This document shows, in pieces, positions 26,075-26,185 of a stretch of 26,185 nt of DNA. The position numbers and the translations under genes were made by a program. The notes under the pieces are model-generated. The model made no database searches. It was not told where the DNA came from and saw only the letters and a list, made by a program, of their open reading frames with translations. The number at the start of each line of letters is the position of its first letter. Position 1 is the first letter of the stretch. The stretch is from Oligoflexus sp. (lineage in GTDB: Bacteria; Bdellovibrionota_B; Oligoflexia; Oligoflexales; Oligoflexaceae). The DNA is taken from assembly GCA_041736305.1 (NCBI GenBank), contig JBGSTX010000127.1, positions 1 to 26,185 on the forward strand, written 5' to 3'.

Positions 26075-26185
26075 ATGGCGTCGGCCACTGGTCAATTAAA
26101 CTTAGCCTTTGACATTGGCTTGGCCTTCGCCTTTGGGGTGATCGTGATCCTAGCCCAACCCTTTACCTTTAGGCCTATGCTTGGT
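26075..26185 (+). CDS. Probable start of a membrane protein, truncated by the window edge
   Basis: ATG 26075 opens a frame to the end of the window: MASATGQLNLAFDIGLAFAFGVIVILAQPFTFRPMLG, which is hydrophobic. Confidence 0.35.
   Translation, partial: MASATGQLNLAFDIGLAFAFGVIVILAQPFTFRPMLG

Noticed and set aside
1-26185. CRISPR arrays, tRNA/rRNA genes and the many antisense or overlapping ORFs in the track
   Set aside because: I saw no regularly spaced repeats or tRNA/rRNA signatures, and the shadow ORFs overlap well-supported genes and lack motifs.

Overview
A 26-kb bacterial chromosomal window. Gene content and style suggest Bdellovibrionota/Oligoflexia, but that is inference. From left to right: two tandem hybrid histidine kinases (the first broken by an in-frame TAG); long-form phenylalanine hydroxylase; pyrF-pyrE; a copper cluster (CueR-type promoter, copZ, copA, a TM2 protein and a two-domain multicopper oxidase that resembles one ceruloplasmin/hephaestin A-repeat); an ~800-aa uncharacterised lipoprotein; an intrinsic terminator abutted by a frameshifted IS4/IS701-like element, followed by the orphan 3' end (domains V-VI) of a class IIC group II intron; an animal-type glutaminyl-cyclase-like M28 lipoprotein downstream of lgt; an HTH/DUF4423-like regulator coupled to a small secreted protein, behind a 600-nt hairpin-rich intergenic region with repeated TCGCTCA motifs; an alpha/beta-hydrolase-like membrane protein; a lipoprotein; pta; and an EAL phosphodiesterase with a degenerate GGDEF domain that keeps its RxxD site. 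The most notable items are the terminator/IS/intron-remnant junction, the ceruloplasmin-like two-domain oxidase, and the structured region at 20405-21003.
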